Assembly (NCBI RefSeq): GCF_963921235.1
Contig: NC_086097.1
Coordinates: 60,948,001 to 61,012,000, forward strand
Direction: 5' to 3'
Source: Mobula hypostoma
Lineage: Eukaryota
DNA length: 64,000 nucleotides
Shown: piece by piece, positions 38,641 to 51,169 of the stretch
How positions within the stretch are numbered: position 1 is the first letter of the stretch
Layout: the number at the start of each line of letters is the position of its first letter
Position numbers and translations under genes: made by a program
Notes under the pieces: generated by a model
Told to the model about the DNA's origin: nothing
Database searches by the model: none
Seen by the model: the letters and a program-made list of their open reading frames with translations, nothing else

Positions 38641-39984
38641 ATTTGTAGAGTTTGGAACAGATTGTACTCATGAATCATGCGTTACTTCTGGAGGCTCATG
38701 TGTTGCAGAGAAGCAGTAGCATTGTTAAATTATTTGTCTACAACTCTTGAATTCTGTGACTGTAAAAGAGAGAACTTCAATTTTCATGTTTCAATATCTT
38801 TCCAGATTTGTGCAAAGGATATCATTGTAACAACTAATGTGCACTGTACTGCTGCATCAATAAGTATGGCAAACGTAATATTCCACCTCTTATCCGTTAA
38901 GAATAGCATTGAACAAACAGCAGATTTTTACTCTATTGTTGGATGGTACACGGTATGAGTTAACTAACAGTACCTGTATGATCATCATACCCGTGGAAGC
39001 AAAGTAATAATGAATGGTTTCTCTTTAGGGGCTTTGACATTGCTTGCTTGATGGGTGGTGGGTGCTGATTCTTCTTGCTGAAATAAGTAGGAAAGGGGGA
39101 GAGAGGAGGGTTGATGCTTTGCTGCTGCTTGTCCATGGGGACTATTGGGTTCTAATGTTTTTCTGTCATTCATTCTTAAGGGTTCTCTTCTGCTTTCATG
39201 GACTCTGTGAAGAGTAAGAGTTTCAGGTTGTATACTGTATACATCTTCTGATATAAAATGGAACCATTCAGTTCATATACAGTCACATGACTCTGCACTG
39301 TTGTAATGGGGCTAGTATACAATTAAGACCTTCAATGACAATACAACCCAAAACAATTCACAGCGCCATTCTCACTTGGCAATATATTTATGAATTTCAA
39401 AACCTGCCATAAATCATATCAAGACAGGAAACATAATTCATGTGTTTTGCAAAGTGTACTAATAAATTATTCAATTGGAACCGACAAATATCACAAAGCA
39501 CTGAAAGAAACAAAAAGGGAAGAGGCCCTTGGCAGTGAGTATAGACAGTTAGTGAAGAGTCTGAAGAGCAGGACCTCTAAGATGGTTATCTCTAGATTAC
39601 TCCTTGTGCCATGTGCTGGTTGGGACAGGAATAAGATGACAGTACAGATGAATGAGTGGCTGAGGAATGGGTGGAGGAGGTAGGGGTTCAGGTTCCTGGA
39701 TCAATGGAACCTCTTCTGGAGTAAAGGTGACTGGTACAGGAGGGACGGGTTGTGCCTGAACCGGAGGGGAACAAATATCATGGCTGATGGTTCACTAGTA
39801 CTACCCAGAAAGGTTTAAGCTCATTTGGCAAGGGAGATGGAAACCAAAGCATGTGGTCAGAAAGTGGAGAGATGGAGAGGAAGTCTGAAGCCAGGAACAA
39901 CAAAAAAAGACAGGAGCAAAGCATTTGATACAATGGGATGGATAGTTCCAAATGTGTGTACATTAATGCTAGGAGCATTATGGG

Positions 39985-40130
39985 AATTTCATCAGTCCTG
40001 ATGAAGAGTCTTGTCCCAAAATATCAACTAGTCACTCTTTTCCATAGATGCTGCCTGGCCTACTGAGTTCTTCCAGCATCTTGTGTGTGTTGCTTGGATT
40101 TCCAGGATCTGCAGACTTTCTTATGTTTGT
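39985..40130 (+). mobile_element. ~145-bp PLE terminus (decayed hammerhead + tail)
   Basis: cagtcctgatgaagagtc...gatgctgcctggcctactgagttc...atctgcagactttcttatgttt. Confidence 0.75.
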
Positions 40131-40825
40131 GAACTTAGAGCATGGATTAGTACGTAGAACTATGATATTGTGGCCATTACAGAAACTTATTTGAGAGAGG
40201 GACAGGAATAGATGTATAATGCCTCAGGTTTTTGATGTTTTAGAAAATATCGAGACTGAGGTGAAAGAAGGGGAGGGAAGATTTGTACTACTAATCAGAG
40301 ACAAGCCACAGTTGCACTCAGAAGGGACATAATGGAGGCTTGTCCACTGAGACTATATGGGTAGAACTTAAAAATAGCAAGGCTGCAATTGTTCTGGTGG
40401 GATTCTACTACAGACATCCCCCTCCCCCCCAATATCCACTGGGACATTGAGGGACAGATTTGCAAGTAGATTACGGGAAGGTGTAAAAACAACAGGGTTG
40501 TTGTCTTCAACTTCCCCAATATAAACTGGGACCTTCATAGTACAAAAGATTTAGATGGGGAAGAATTTGTTAGATGCATCCAGGAGAGTTTAAAGCAACA
40601 TGTAAATAGTTCAACAAGAGGAAGAGTTGGACTGGACCTGGTGTTGATTAATAACCCTGGCCAGTTGACCAACCTTTCAGTGAGTGAGCAGTCATAACTC
40701 CTTCAGTTTTATGATAGCTATAGACGAAGGTTAAGTATCACAAGAGCATTAGGCAGGACTAGGGAGAGTTGATTGGGGACAGCTGTATTTGGACAAGTCC
40801 CCATGTGGCATGTGAGGATGCTTAA

Positions 40826-41235
40826 CCCTTACATACAGTGGGTCAAATTTGACCCATTTTGACATTTGACAGCAGTAAAAACACCCTAAATGCCATTTTT
40901 TAGCCAAAATTTGATGACTTTTCCTAAAGTGACCCAAAATGCACAAAAATGAAAATATTTTAAAATGTTATACTTTTGTACAGGTGCTACAAATTTTTGT
41001 ACATTGAGGCTGTTCTGGGTCAAATTTGACCCGTATTTATTGAAATGGGCTTTAGATCTCTGAAACATTAATTAAGGATTAATCACCCATTTATTAATGT
41101 CAGATAGGCTATTTATACATTCTAAATAGATCAGTGGTTCAAAATTTGGTATAGACACTTGTTATGAGAGGATTCTTGGGCCGGGTCAAAATTGACCATA
41201 CTGTGAAGGTATAGAATATGAACAGGTTGCTTGGG
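40826..41235. mobile_element. piggyBac-type MITE, copy 2 (opposite orientation)
   Basis: TTAA flanks (40822-40825, 41236-41239); reverse complement of 8627-9044. Confidence 0.85.
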
Positions 41236-42908
41236 TTAAAGATGAACTGCACAGAGTACAAGACAGATATGTTCCCGTCAGAAGGAAGGACAATGATGGC
41301 AAGGTAAAAGAACCTTGAATATTGAGGGGTGTGATAAATTCAAGAAGTAAAAAAGAAAAGTATGTAAAGCTTAGGAAGCAAAAATCAAACAGAGCCCTTG
41401 AGGATTATAAAGTAGCCAGAAAAGAATTTAAGAAGAGAATTAGGAAAGCCAGTAGTGACTTTGTAAAGTAGGATTAAAGCGAATCCCAAAGCTTTCTATA
41501 CATACATCAAAAGTAAGAGGATAAATAGGGAGAGGGTAGATCACTCAAGGATAAAGGGGGAAGATTTGCTGTATTGCAGAGGATACAGGAGTGATCCTAA
41601 ATGAGTACATTACATTAGCATTTACCAAGCAGTGGGACATGGAGGTTAGGGAGATCAGTGCTGTGCATATTAATATGCTAAGGAATTTTGAGGTGAAGGA
41701 GGAGGTAGTGTTGGGTCTTTTAAAGAGCATTATAGTGGATGTCCCCAGGGCCTGATGGGATATACCCTAGTTATTGAGTGATGAATAAGAAAGACTGCTG
41801 GGGTCTCGACCTCTACCTTGGTGTCCTGTCTATCTATAGGCATGGTCCCCGAGTTCTGGTGAGTAGCTGATGTTGTTCCATTATTCAAGAAGGGAACCAG
41901 GGTTAATCCTAGAAACTATAGAATGGTGAATCTCTCGTCAGTGTTAGGAAGTTAATGGTGAGAATTCTCAGGGATAGGATTCATGAACATTTAGAAAGCC
42001 ATTGCCTAATTAGGGAGAGCCAGTATGGCTTTGTGTGGGGCAAGTCAGGTCTTAGTAACTTGATTGCGTTTTTTGATGAGGCAATGAGGGTAATTAGTGA
42101 AGATAGACATCTAGATGTTGTCTACATGGATTTGAGTAGTGTGTTTGACAAGGGCCCTCATGGGAGGCTCATCCAGAAGATTAAGATGCATGGGATCAAT
42201 GGTGAATTCAGTATTTGGATTCAAAAGTAGCTTGCCGATAGAAGACAGAGGGTAGTGGTCGAAAGGACTTATTCTAGCTGGACATTTGTGATTAATGGTG
42301 TTCCACTGGAATCTGTACTGAGATCCCTGCAGTTTGTGATGTATATAAATGATCTGGATGAAAATGTAGATAGGTGGGTTAGTAAGTTTGCAGATGATAT
42401 GATGATTGGTGGTGTTGTAGATAACGTACAAGACTGGCAAAGAGTACAATGGGATATAGAACAGTTGCAGATATGGGCAGTGAAATGGCAGATGAAATTT
42501 AATCCGACCAAATATGAAGTATTTATGGACAAGACCATTTACAGTGTTGATAAGTAGAGGGATCTTGAAGTCCAAGCTCATAGCTCCTTTTAAGTGGCTA
42601 CACAAGTTGATATAGTGTTGAAGGCATGTAGCATGCTGGCCTTTATTGGTCGAGGCGTTGAGTTCAGAAGTCAGAGAGCTGTGTTGCAACTTTATAAAAC
42701 TCTAGTTATGCCTCAACTGGAAGCATAGAGGTCTGGTCGCCCCATTATAGGCAGGATGCCGATGCTTTGGAGAAGTTGCAGAAGAAGTTTACCAGGACGT
42801 TGCCCGGATTACAGAGCAAGTACTATGATGAGAGGTTGGACAAACTTTTTTTCCCTCTGGAGTGGCAGAGGTTAAGGTTTATAAGATTATGGGAGGCACA
42901 GATAGAGT

Positions 42909-43227
42909 TGTGTTGGCGCGTGGCCAAGTGGTTAAGGCGTTCGTCTAGTGATCTGAAGGTCGTTAGTTCGAGCCTTGGCTGAGGCAGCTTGCTGTGTCCT
43001 TGAGCAAGGCACTTAACCACACATTGCTCTGCGACAATACCGTTGGCAAGCTGTACGGGTCCTAATGCCCTTCCCTTCGACAACATCAGTGGCGTGGAGA
43101 GGGGAGACTTGCAGCATGGACAACTGCCGGTCTTCCACACAACCTTGCTCAGGCCTGTGCCCTGGAAACCTTCCAAGGCGCAAATCCATGGTCTCAGGAG
43201 ACTAACGGATGCCTACATATATATAAG
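42909..43227 (+). mobile_element. Young tRNA-derived SINE
   Basis: A box tggccaagtgg (42921), B box gttcgagcc (42967), ~240-bp body, (ta)n tail, 8-bp TSD gatagagt (42901-42908, 43228-43235). Confidence 0.9.
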
Positions 43228-46149
43228 GATAGAGTAGACCAAGAGTAACATTTTTACCTGGGTTAACATGCCTAATAAGGCCAAAGGAAATATGAGGGGC
43301 AGGGTTTTTCTTTAAACACAGATGGTGGTGGGTGCCTGGATTGCACTGCTTGGATGGTGCGAGACGCAGATATATTTGATTGCTAATTTAATTGCTTCAG
43401 CATAATATTTTTGGCTGAAAAGCCTATTCCTGTGCTGTACTGTTTTATATTCTATGTTCTAAATCCCAGGCTTCAAATGTGCCTCGTTCATTTTCCCCAC
43501 TACTCAATGCTTGACAATAAATTCCTCTAGGAAAAGAAACTTTCCCAGTCATCTCTCATTTCTTTTGCCCAGGTATTATACTTTGAGCCTTTTTTTCTGA
43601 AGTTTTATCAAAGTTTAAACATAGCTCAAGTATAAGCATAATTTGTCTGATCTCAAACAGCAGTCCAATTAGACTGTCAATACCCTCCAATTTTTCCCTG
43701 TCAAACTCATCCTCAATTACTCTGAATATTTTAGAATCCATTTAGCTCCAAGAGTGCTGATGCTAGGCTTCCCTCATAATCTCAAAATATCCTGCAGCTC
43801 ATAAAATGCAATTAAATTCAGGGCTATTTTCTTGTTGCTGCTTTGCCAGCAATAAGTTCTTTTTCTGTCCCAGCCTTCATGCCTCAGTTCACTGGTGATT
43901 CTTTTGGCAATCATTTAAATTTTGCTGAACAAAATTACCGACAAACTGAATGATGCAATTCTTGGTCAACCAGCTTAAAATGCAATCTATTTTTCAGCTA
44001 AAAGATTAGTATTTATGCTACATTTTGGTGCTATCAGAAGAGTCATTAAGTGTCTGACAAGTGTTCACTTAAGCATTTCCACTCAATCATTGTTGAATTT
44101 CAATTAAGAATCTAAGAAAAACTCATGATTATAAAAAGAAATGTGAGGCTTTAAGAGTGGGAGGTCTAAGATAGAAGCAGTCTTGATACTTGCACTAATT
44201 GCATGTGTAGTGGTTGTGCTTTGCTCACTGTTTCCAAAATTTGCTTCTAATGATGAGTAGATTTGAAAGCTTTTACCTCAATAGAATGAAAATGCATTTT
44301 GCTATTGAACTGTTCAGGATAGTGGGCAAACCTTACATTGTGGCATTGTGTGTAGTGTCAAAAGCTGACAGCAGGTGTCTGCTACTCATTGAAATCAAAA
44401 GGTAGTAGAACTGGGAAAGGTGTAATACAATCTGTCATCTCTTTTATATCATTAGCAAAATACATGTTTTATAGAAGTACGAAGTACATCTTAGACAGAT
44501 TTGAAACTCCAGTATGCAAAAAATGACTATCAGTAAAGGAGGCTGCTTGAAATCTCATGAAGCCCAAACTTAAAATCCAATTTATAAAAAGTGCCGGTCA
44601 TCAGGTTGAAAGTTTCTTGCCATTAGCTGTCATATTTATACTATTTATATTTATATATAGTGAATGCTGCTTACAGTATATGTCACTGTGTGCTCTGATG
44701 TTGTTGCATTATAGGAACATACTAAGTTTTTCAATACATCTGCATACACATGTAGTTGTGCATGTAATATACAATTAACTTTGACTTCAAAATCTTCTAA
44801 AATTTGCAACGTGTTCAGAATTCCTTCTGCTTCCATTAAAATTGATAGAGCAGTTTTGAATTGGTAACAATTGGATCACTCTGAATAAGGAACGTGTACA
44901 ACCCTTCTACAATCAACCATCTGCCAGCCTAACTTTAGACTTTGTTTCCGTTTCCTAACAGGAATCTATCCAGGCCATTTTGAAATCTGCAAAGCTAGCC
45001 TGTTTCTTCACGAATGCTGACAAACTTCTCCAAGATTTTACATTCCAGTCAAGGTTGTCTGGATTTCTAATGATCTTTTTGACACCTTTACACAACAAAA
45101 CTGAATACTCTGCTCACAGGAAATCTGAAAAAGAAATGGAAGAATATGTAAAAGTTCAGGTCAAGCAGCATATTTGAAAGTTTGCCTTTCAGTGTGATGA
45201 CAGTATATTGTATGCCACAGATCATAGGTGATTCATAATATATTCTGTTCCTTCCTTTGAAAGAAGAAAGACACTAATCCATCATTCCATTGTGCACAGG
45301 CTATGTGCAATCAGAGAGATAAAAATAGTGATTTTTTTAGATGTTTAAAAACTTTGTTAGATGACATGAAAGCATACAAAAACAGACAAAAATGTAGTGC
45401 ACAGAATGACATAAGTAGCATGAACACTGCACTATTCACTGCAACCCTCAAGCTTTCCCTGACAGTGTATGCAACATATCCTCCTTCATCCATTCACCAT
45501 GATGCAATCCTGCAGTAGTTAAGATAAATAAAGAAATTCGACATTCCCCCTTTCACCAGGGCACCATCAATGCCCTTCAACATTGTTTAAGCTGCACTTA
45601 CCATTTAGGATCAATTTGAAATGCAGCCTCAATCTCAATGAAACTTAAAATATTTAATGGCGTCACAAGTTGTCCCAGAAAACTGGCTGGTAGTGAATCT
45701 TTGGCTTTTCACTGATCACTAAATTGTAGCTTTACCAACAATTGATTTTCAACACACATATGATTAACAACTATTTTCCAATCCATCACAGACAATAGAA
45801 TATTTCACAATTCAAACAGTACATACTTATGATCAAGGTATCTCAAAATAATGCTGTTACCCATGTATGTTGCGTGATTCAGATACCCAAGTGTAAAGTT
45901 ATAGTTGGAATTCTACAGCAGTAATTTTGAATGAAAACAGGTAACGATTGAGGGAGAAGAATGATACTGGTGAAAGGATGGTTAATAGTCCAGAGGAGAA
46001 CATAGAAGATAAATATCAGGTGTTAAGTTCACAATCTTCTTTAAATAATTGAAGAGTTAGACACATAAATAATTTTGGAATTGTACAAATGGGAGAGGAT
46101 ACAACAGTAATATTCATATGATCAAGTAGGAGGCTCATGAATGCTCATA

Positions 46150-48938
46150 CAGTGGCATGCAAAAGTCTGGACACGCCGGTCAAAATTTATGTTACTGTGA
46201 ATAGCTAAGCGAGTAAAAGATGACCTGATTTCCAAAAGGCATAAAGTTAAAGATGACACATTTCTTTCATATTTTAAGCAAGATTACTTTTTTTATTTCC
46301 ATCTTTTACATTTTCCAAATAACAAAAAAGGAAGAGGGCCCGAAGCAAAAGATGGGCACCCTGCATGGTCAGTACTTAGTAACACATCCTTTGGCAAGTG
46401 TCACAGCTTGTAAACGCTTTCTGTAGCCAGCTGAGAGTCCTTCAATTCTTGTTTGGGGAAATTTCGCCCATTCTTCTTCGCAAAAGGCTTCTGGTTCTGT
46501 AAGATTGTTGGGCCGTCTTGCATGCACTGCTTTTTTAAGGTCGATCCACAGAATTTCGACGATGTTTAGGTCAGGGGACTGTGAGGTCCATGGCAAATCC
46601 TTCAGCTTGCACCTCTTGAGGTAGTCCATTGTGGATTTTGAGGTGTCATTATCCTGCTATAGAAGCCATCCTCTTTTCATCTTCAGCTTTTTTTACAGAC
46701 GGTGTGATGTTTGCTTCCAGAATTTGCTATTATTTAATTGAATTCATTCTTCCCTCTACCAGTGAAATGTTCCCCGTGCCACTGGCTGCAACACAAGCCC
46801 AAAGCATGATTGATCCACCCCCCCTCCCCCCGCCCATGCTTATCAGTTGGAGAGGTGTTCTTTTCATGAAATTCTTCACCCTTTTTTCTCCGAACATACC
46901 TTTGCTCATTGCGGCCAAAAAGTTCTATTTTAATTTCATCAGTCCACAGGACTTGCTTCCAAAATGCATTAAGCTTGTTTAGATGTTCCTTTGCAAACTT
47001 CCAATGCTGAATTTTGTGGTGAGGATGCAGGAAAGGTTTCTTCTGATGACTCTTCCATGAAGGTCATATTTGTGCAGGTGTCGCTGCACAGTAGAACAGG
47101 GCACCACCACTCCAGAGTCTGCTAAATCTTCCTGAAGGTCTTTTGCAGTCAAATGGAGGTTTTGATTTGCCTTTCTAGCAATCCTATGAGCAGTTTTCTC
47201 AGAAAGTTTTCTTGGTCTTCCGGACCTCAACTTGACCTCCACCATTCCTGTTAACTGCCATTTCTTCATTACATTATGAACTGAGGAAACGGCTACCTGA
47301 AAACTCTTTGCTATCTTCTTATAGCCTTCTCCTGCTTTGTGGGCATTATTTATTTTAAATTTCAGAGTGCTAGGCATCTGCTTAGAGGAGCCCACGGCTG
47401 CTGATTGTTGGGACAAGATTTGAGGAGTCAGGGTATTTATAAGGCTTTGAAATTTGCATCACCTTGTCATGGTCCTGTCCGTGAAGTCCGCATTCCAGTT
47501 CACGGTCCAGTCCGTGGACTCAGGACTCTGGGTCTTCCAGCTGTCCCTCGTTTTGGTTGAGTTAATCATAGGCACCTGATTCCCATCTTGGGGCTTAGAA
47601 TGTAAGTTGCCTTGGGGTCAAGAGTGGGCTGCTGATTTGTCTTGTCCAGATCCCCTGGGAGCAGCCTGCCGGTGGAAGGCTAGAGTGGCCACTTGCCCCT
47701 TTTAGGCCGCATTGGGGAACTGTCCCCTCATGGAGCCTTGCTGTCGGTAGTCGGAGCCGGCTTTGCGGTATGGATTCGGCCATTTCCCGGGCCAGCTGAA
47801 TAACTGTCAGCCACTCCGAGCTAGGTAGGGATCTGGCTGTCTCCATAGCCAGCCTAGGTTGCTGGCCGTAACTGTGACTCGGAGCAACCCCGATACAGAG
47901 ATGGAACTGTCTGTCATTCTTTGGTGTTTGTCTCTTCTTGTCCTTGCCTCCATGGGGTAAGTCAGGCCGTTCTGCCATTGCCCTGCAGGGGAGATCTGTC
48001 TTGTCTTGTCCTCGCCTCCGTGGGGGTAAGTCAGCCCATTCTGCTGTTGCCCTGCGGTGGGACCTGTCTTGTCTTGTCTTTGCCCCTGTTGGGTAAGTCC
48101 AGCTGTTCTGGTATTACCCGACAGATGAACCTGTCCCACGTTGGTGTGGAGATAAAGTTGAGCCCCGGCTTGTCTAAGGATAAGTCCCGGCTCTATGTTG
48201 ATGTACAGTCTGTCTCTGAGCTCCAGCCTCTGAGTTATCAGCCCTGCATTCCAAGACCCCAGCTTCTAGCCTCAAGACCCAAGACTCCAGTCTGTTTCCA
48301 AGCTCAGGACCCAAGAACCCAGCCTGTCTTCAAGCTCAAAACCAAAGACCCCAGCCTCCAGTCCTGTAGTCATGTCATGTCATGTCCTTGCCTGGTTCTG
48401 GAGCCAGAGCCCGAGGCAAGACCCAGGTTCTGGGTCCTTGTCCAGTCTCTGGCTCAGAGCCAAAGCCCAGGCTCCTAGTTCATAGTTCCTTGTTCAGTTT
48501 CCCTGTTTCTTGTCCATGTCCTAGCCCAAGTCTGCGTTCTTGTCCCTGCTCCTTGTCTGTATCCTGTCACGTCCCTACTCTAGTCAAGTCCTGTTTCTTG
48601 TACTTCAGTGTCTGTGTCTTGCACTTGAGTCCACTAACAGCACCCACCTTGTGACACAATTGGCCTTTCCTAACGATGATTGTGAACAAGCCATTGTCAT
48701 AACAAGCTAATTAAGGTCTGAGACCTTGGTAAAAGTTACTGAGAGCTCAAATCTCTTGGACTGCCCAAACTTTTGCATGGTGCTCTTCTCCTTTTTTCAC
48801 TCTAAAATTGTACAAAACAAAAATAATACACTAATGTTGAAAAGAATGTTTCATCTTTAACTTTATGACTTTTGGAGATCAGTTCATCTGCTACTCACTT
48901 AACTATTCACAGTAACAGAAATTTTGACCAGTGCCACG
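46150..48938 (-). mobile_element. Tc1 transposon 1 (frameshifted transposase), interrupted by an LTR
   Basis: TA-cagtggca start, ~200-bp TIRs; GEGYKKIAK, SGRPRK, GGSIMLWAC, SQSPDLNIVEILW and TKY in ORFs 46369-47416. Confidence 0.95.
47465..48656. mobile_element. Solo LTR-like insertion with internal ~60-bp repeats
   Basis: tgtca...tgaca ends; cleanly interrupts Tc1; TSD imperfect (cacct/caatt); three tandem units at ~47925-48115. Confidence 0.7.
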
Positions 48939-48942
48939 TATA

Positions 48943-50542
48943 TAGTGCTGCTAGAAACTTTGTGAACCCTGTAGATTTTTTTCTATTTCTGCATAAATAT
49001 GATCTAAAATGTGATCATATCTTCATACATCCTAAAACTAGATGAAGAGAATCCAATTAATTAAATAATACAAAAACATTACACTTTTTCATTTATTTAT
49101 TGAGAAAAATTATCCATTATTACATGTATTTCTTAGAAAAAGTATGTGAACCTCTGGAGTAATGCCTTCTACTAAAGTTATTTGGAGTCAGGTGTTGCAA
49201 CCATTGAAATGAGATTGGAGGTGTGGGTTCTAGAGGTGCCTTGCCCTATAAAAATGACACAGAGCCAAAGCCTGCTCTACTCAAGAAAGATCTGTTTATG
49301 TTCACCATGCCTGAATCAAAACAACTTTCCGAGGACATTAGAAGAAGAATTGTAGAGATATATGAAACTGGAAAAAGCTACAAAGCATTTCTAAAAATCT
49401 GAGTGTTCATCAGTTTACAGTGAGAGAAATTGCCTACAAATGGAGGAAACTCAGTACTGTTGCTACTCTCCCTAGGAGCGGATATCCTGCAAAGATCACA
49501 CCAACAGCACAACATACAGTGTTGAAGGAGGTGAAAAAGAACCCAAGGGTAACTGTAAAAGACCTGCAGAAATCTCTAGAACTTGCAAAAGTCTCTGAAT
49601 ATGTGTCCACTATAAGAAAAACGCTGAACAAGAATGGTGTGCATGGTAGGACACAAGAGTGGAAACCACTGCTCTCCAAAAAAAACATTGCTGCCCATCT
49701 CAAGTTTGCAAAAAAACACCTGGATGTTTTTAACACCTCTGGGACAATATTCTGTGGACGGATGAGACAAAAGTTGTTTTATTTTGGCAGAAATGCACAC
49801 TGCTTATGTTTGAAGGAAAAAGGGCACTGCACACCAACACCTTATCCCAACTGTGAAAAATGTTGGAAGGAGCATCATGGTTTGGGGCTGCTTTACTGTC
49901 TCAGGGACTGGATAGCTTGCAATCATTGAGGGAGAAATTAATTCAAAATTGTATCAGGACATTTTACAGCAGAATGTCTGGGTAGCAGTCCATCACCTGA
50001 AGCTTAATAGAAGTTGGATAATGCAACAAGACAATAATCCAAAAGACAAGAGTAAATCAACAAAAGAATAGTTTAAAATGAAGAGAATTTTTGTTTCTGA
50101 ATAGCTGAGTCAAAGTCCTGACCTTAATCCTACAGAAATTGTGAGGAAGAACCTGAAGCAAGCAGTTCATACAAGGAAGCTCACCAACATCCCAAAATTG
50201 AAGAAGTTTTGTAAGGAGGAATGGCCTAAAATTCCTCTAAGTTGATGTGCAGGACTGATCAATAGCTATTGGAAATGTTTGGTTGAAGTTAGTGCTGTAC
50301 AAAGGGGTCACATAATTTACTGAAATCAAAGGCTCACATACACTTTCTAACAAATACACGTAATATTGGATTGTTTTTCTCAATAAATAAATAAACAAGA
50401 ATAATCTTTTTGTGTTATTTATTTAATTGGGTTCTCTTTATTAAGTTTTCGGACTTATATGAAGATCTGATCACATTTTAGGTCATATTTATGCAGAAAT
50501 AGAGAAAATTCTACAGGGTTCAGAAACTTCCTAGCACCACTG
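48943..50542 (+). mobile_element. Tc1 transposon 2 (1.6 kb, full length, degraded)
   Basis: ~200-bp TIRs ending ctagcaccactg-TA; transposase from ATG 49307 to ~50323 (LPRSGYPAKITP, QQDNNPK, SQSPDLNP). Confidence 0.95.
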
Positions 50543-51169
50543 TAAAATGAGAAAATGGAACCTGTTCAGTCCACAACCTCATTACTCCTCTTCTTGAATT
50601 ACTTCAAAGAGCGGAGTTTAATAACTGAGATTTGCTAATTGTTGCAACCCTGGATTTCTGCTAGGTTTTTGAATTCACTTTGTAATAACCCACCATGCTA
50701 GCAACTTAATTAAATTCCCTGTGCCTTACAGAGACATATGGTTAATAGACTGGTTTTTATCACACTTCTTGCCTAAATGATCTATTCAGAAGAATGTTTG
50801 CACAGTATCCTGGCCAGTTATTGTTTAATAACTTTATAAAATCATAATGCATACACAAAATGTTCCTGGTTTATTTTCAGAAAAAATCCCTTAATCTATT
50901 GGTATGTTGAGACTTATAGACTGAATATTTTGGACTGTCTCTGCCACTATTATGCCCTTTAAAAGCAAAGCACACTTGAGTCCTTCACCTAATAGGATCA
51001 CAATCTGAACACACAAATGGATACAGAGAGGTAGGTTATTCCCATACTCATCCCCCAGGTATCTAAAAACATATTGTGAATTGTTTTGTTTATAGGAACA
51101 TCTATCAATACACTTTTTGACAATTTTGCTTTGGGGTATTAGGAAGGTGTCTAATCTGGTTGGAAAGGC

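Larger units (their letters stand above)
39510..43460 (+). mobile_element. Degraded CR1 LINE (ORF1 end + ORF2) with three nested insertions
   Basis: SKFADD, VVYMD and PHGRLIQK motifs in ORFs 41955 and 42255; tail tattctatgttct near 43450. Confidence 0.9.

Noticed and set aside
42913..42985. tRNA-Thr(AGT)-like sequence
   Set aside because: It is the head of a SINE with body, tail and TSD, and the acceptor stem does not pair properly.
44962..45160. Candidate plus-strand exon after a strong acceptor (ttcctaacag)
   Set aside because: The peptide is not recognisable, donors are weak, and no partner exons were found.
47595..48654. Several 90-185 aa ORFs
   Set aside because: They arise from GC-rich tandem repeats in the LTR-like insert and show no protein motifs.
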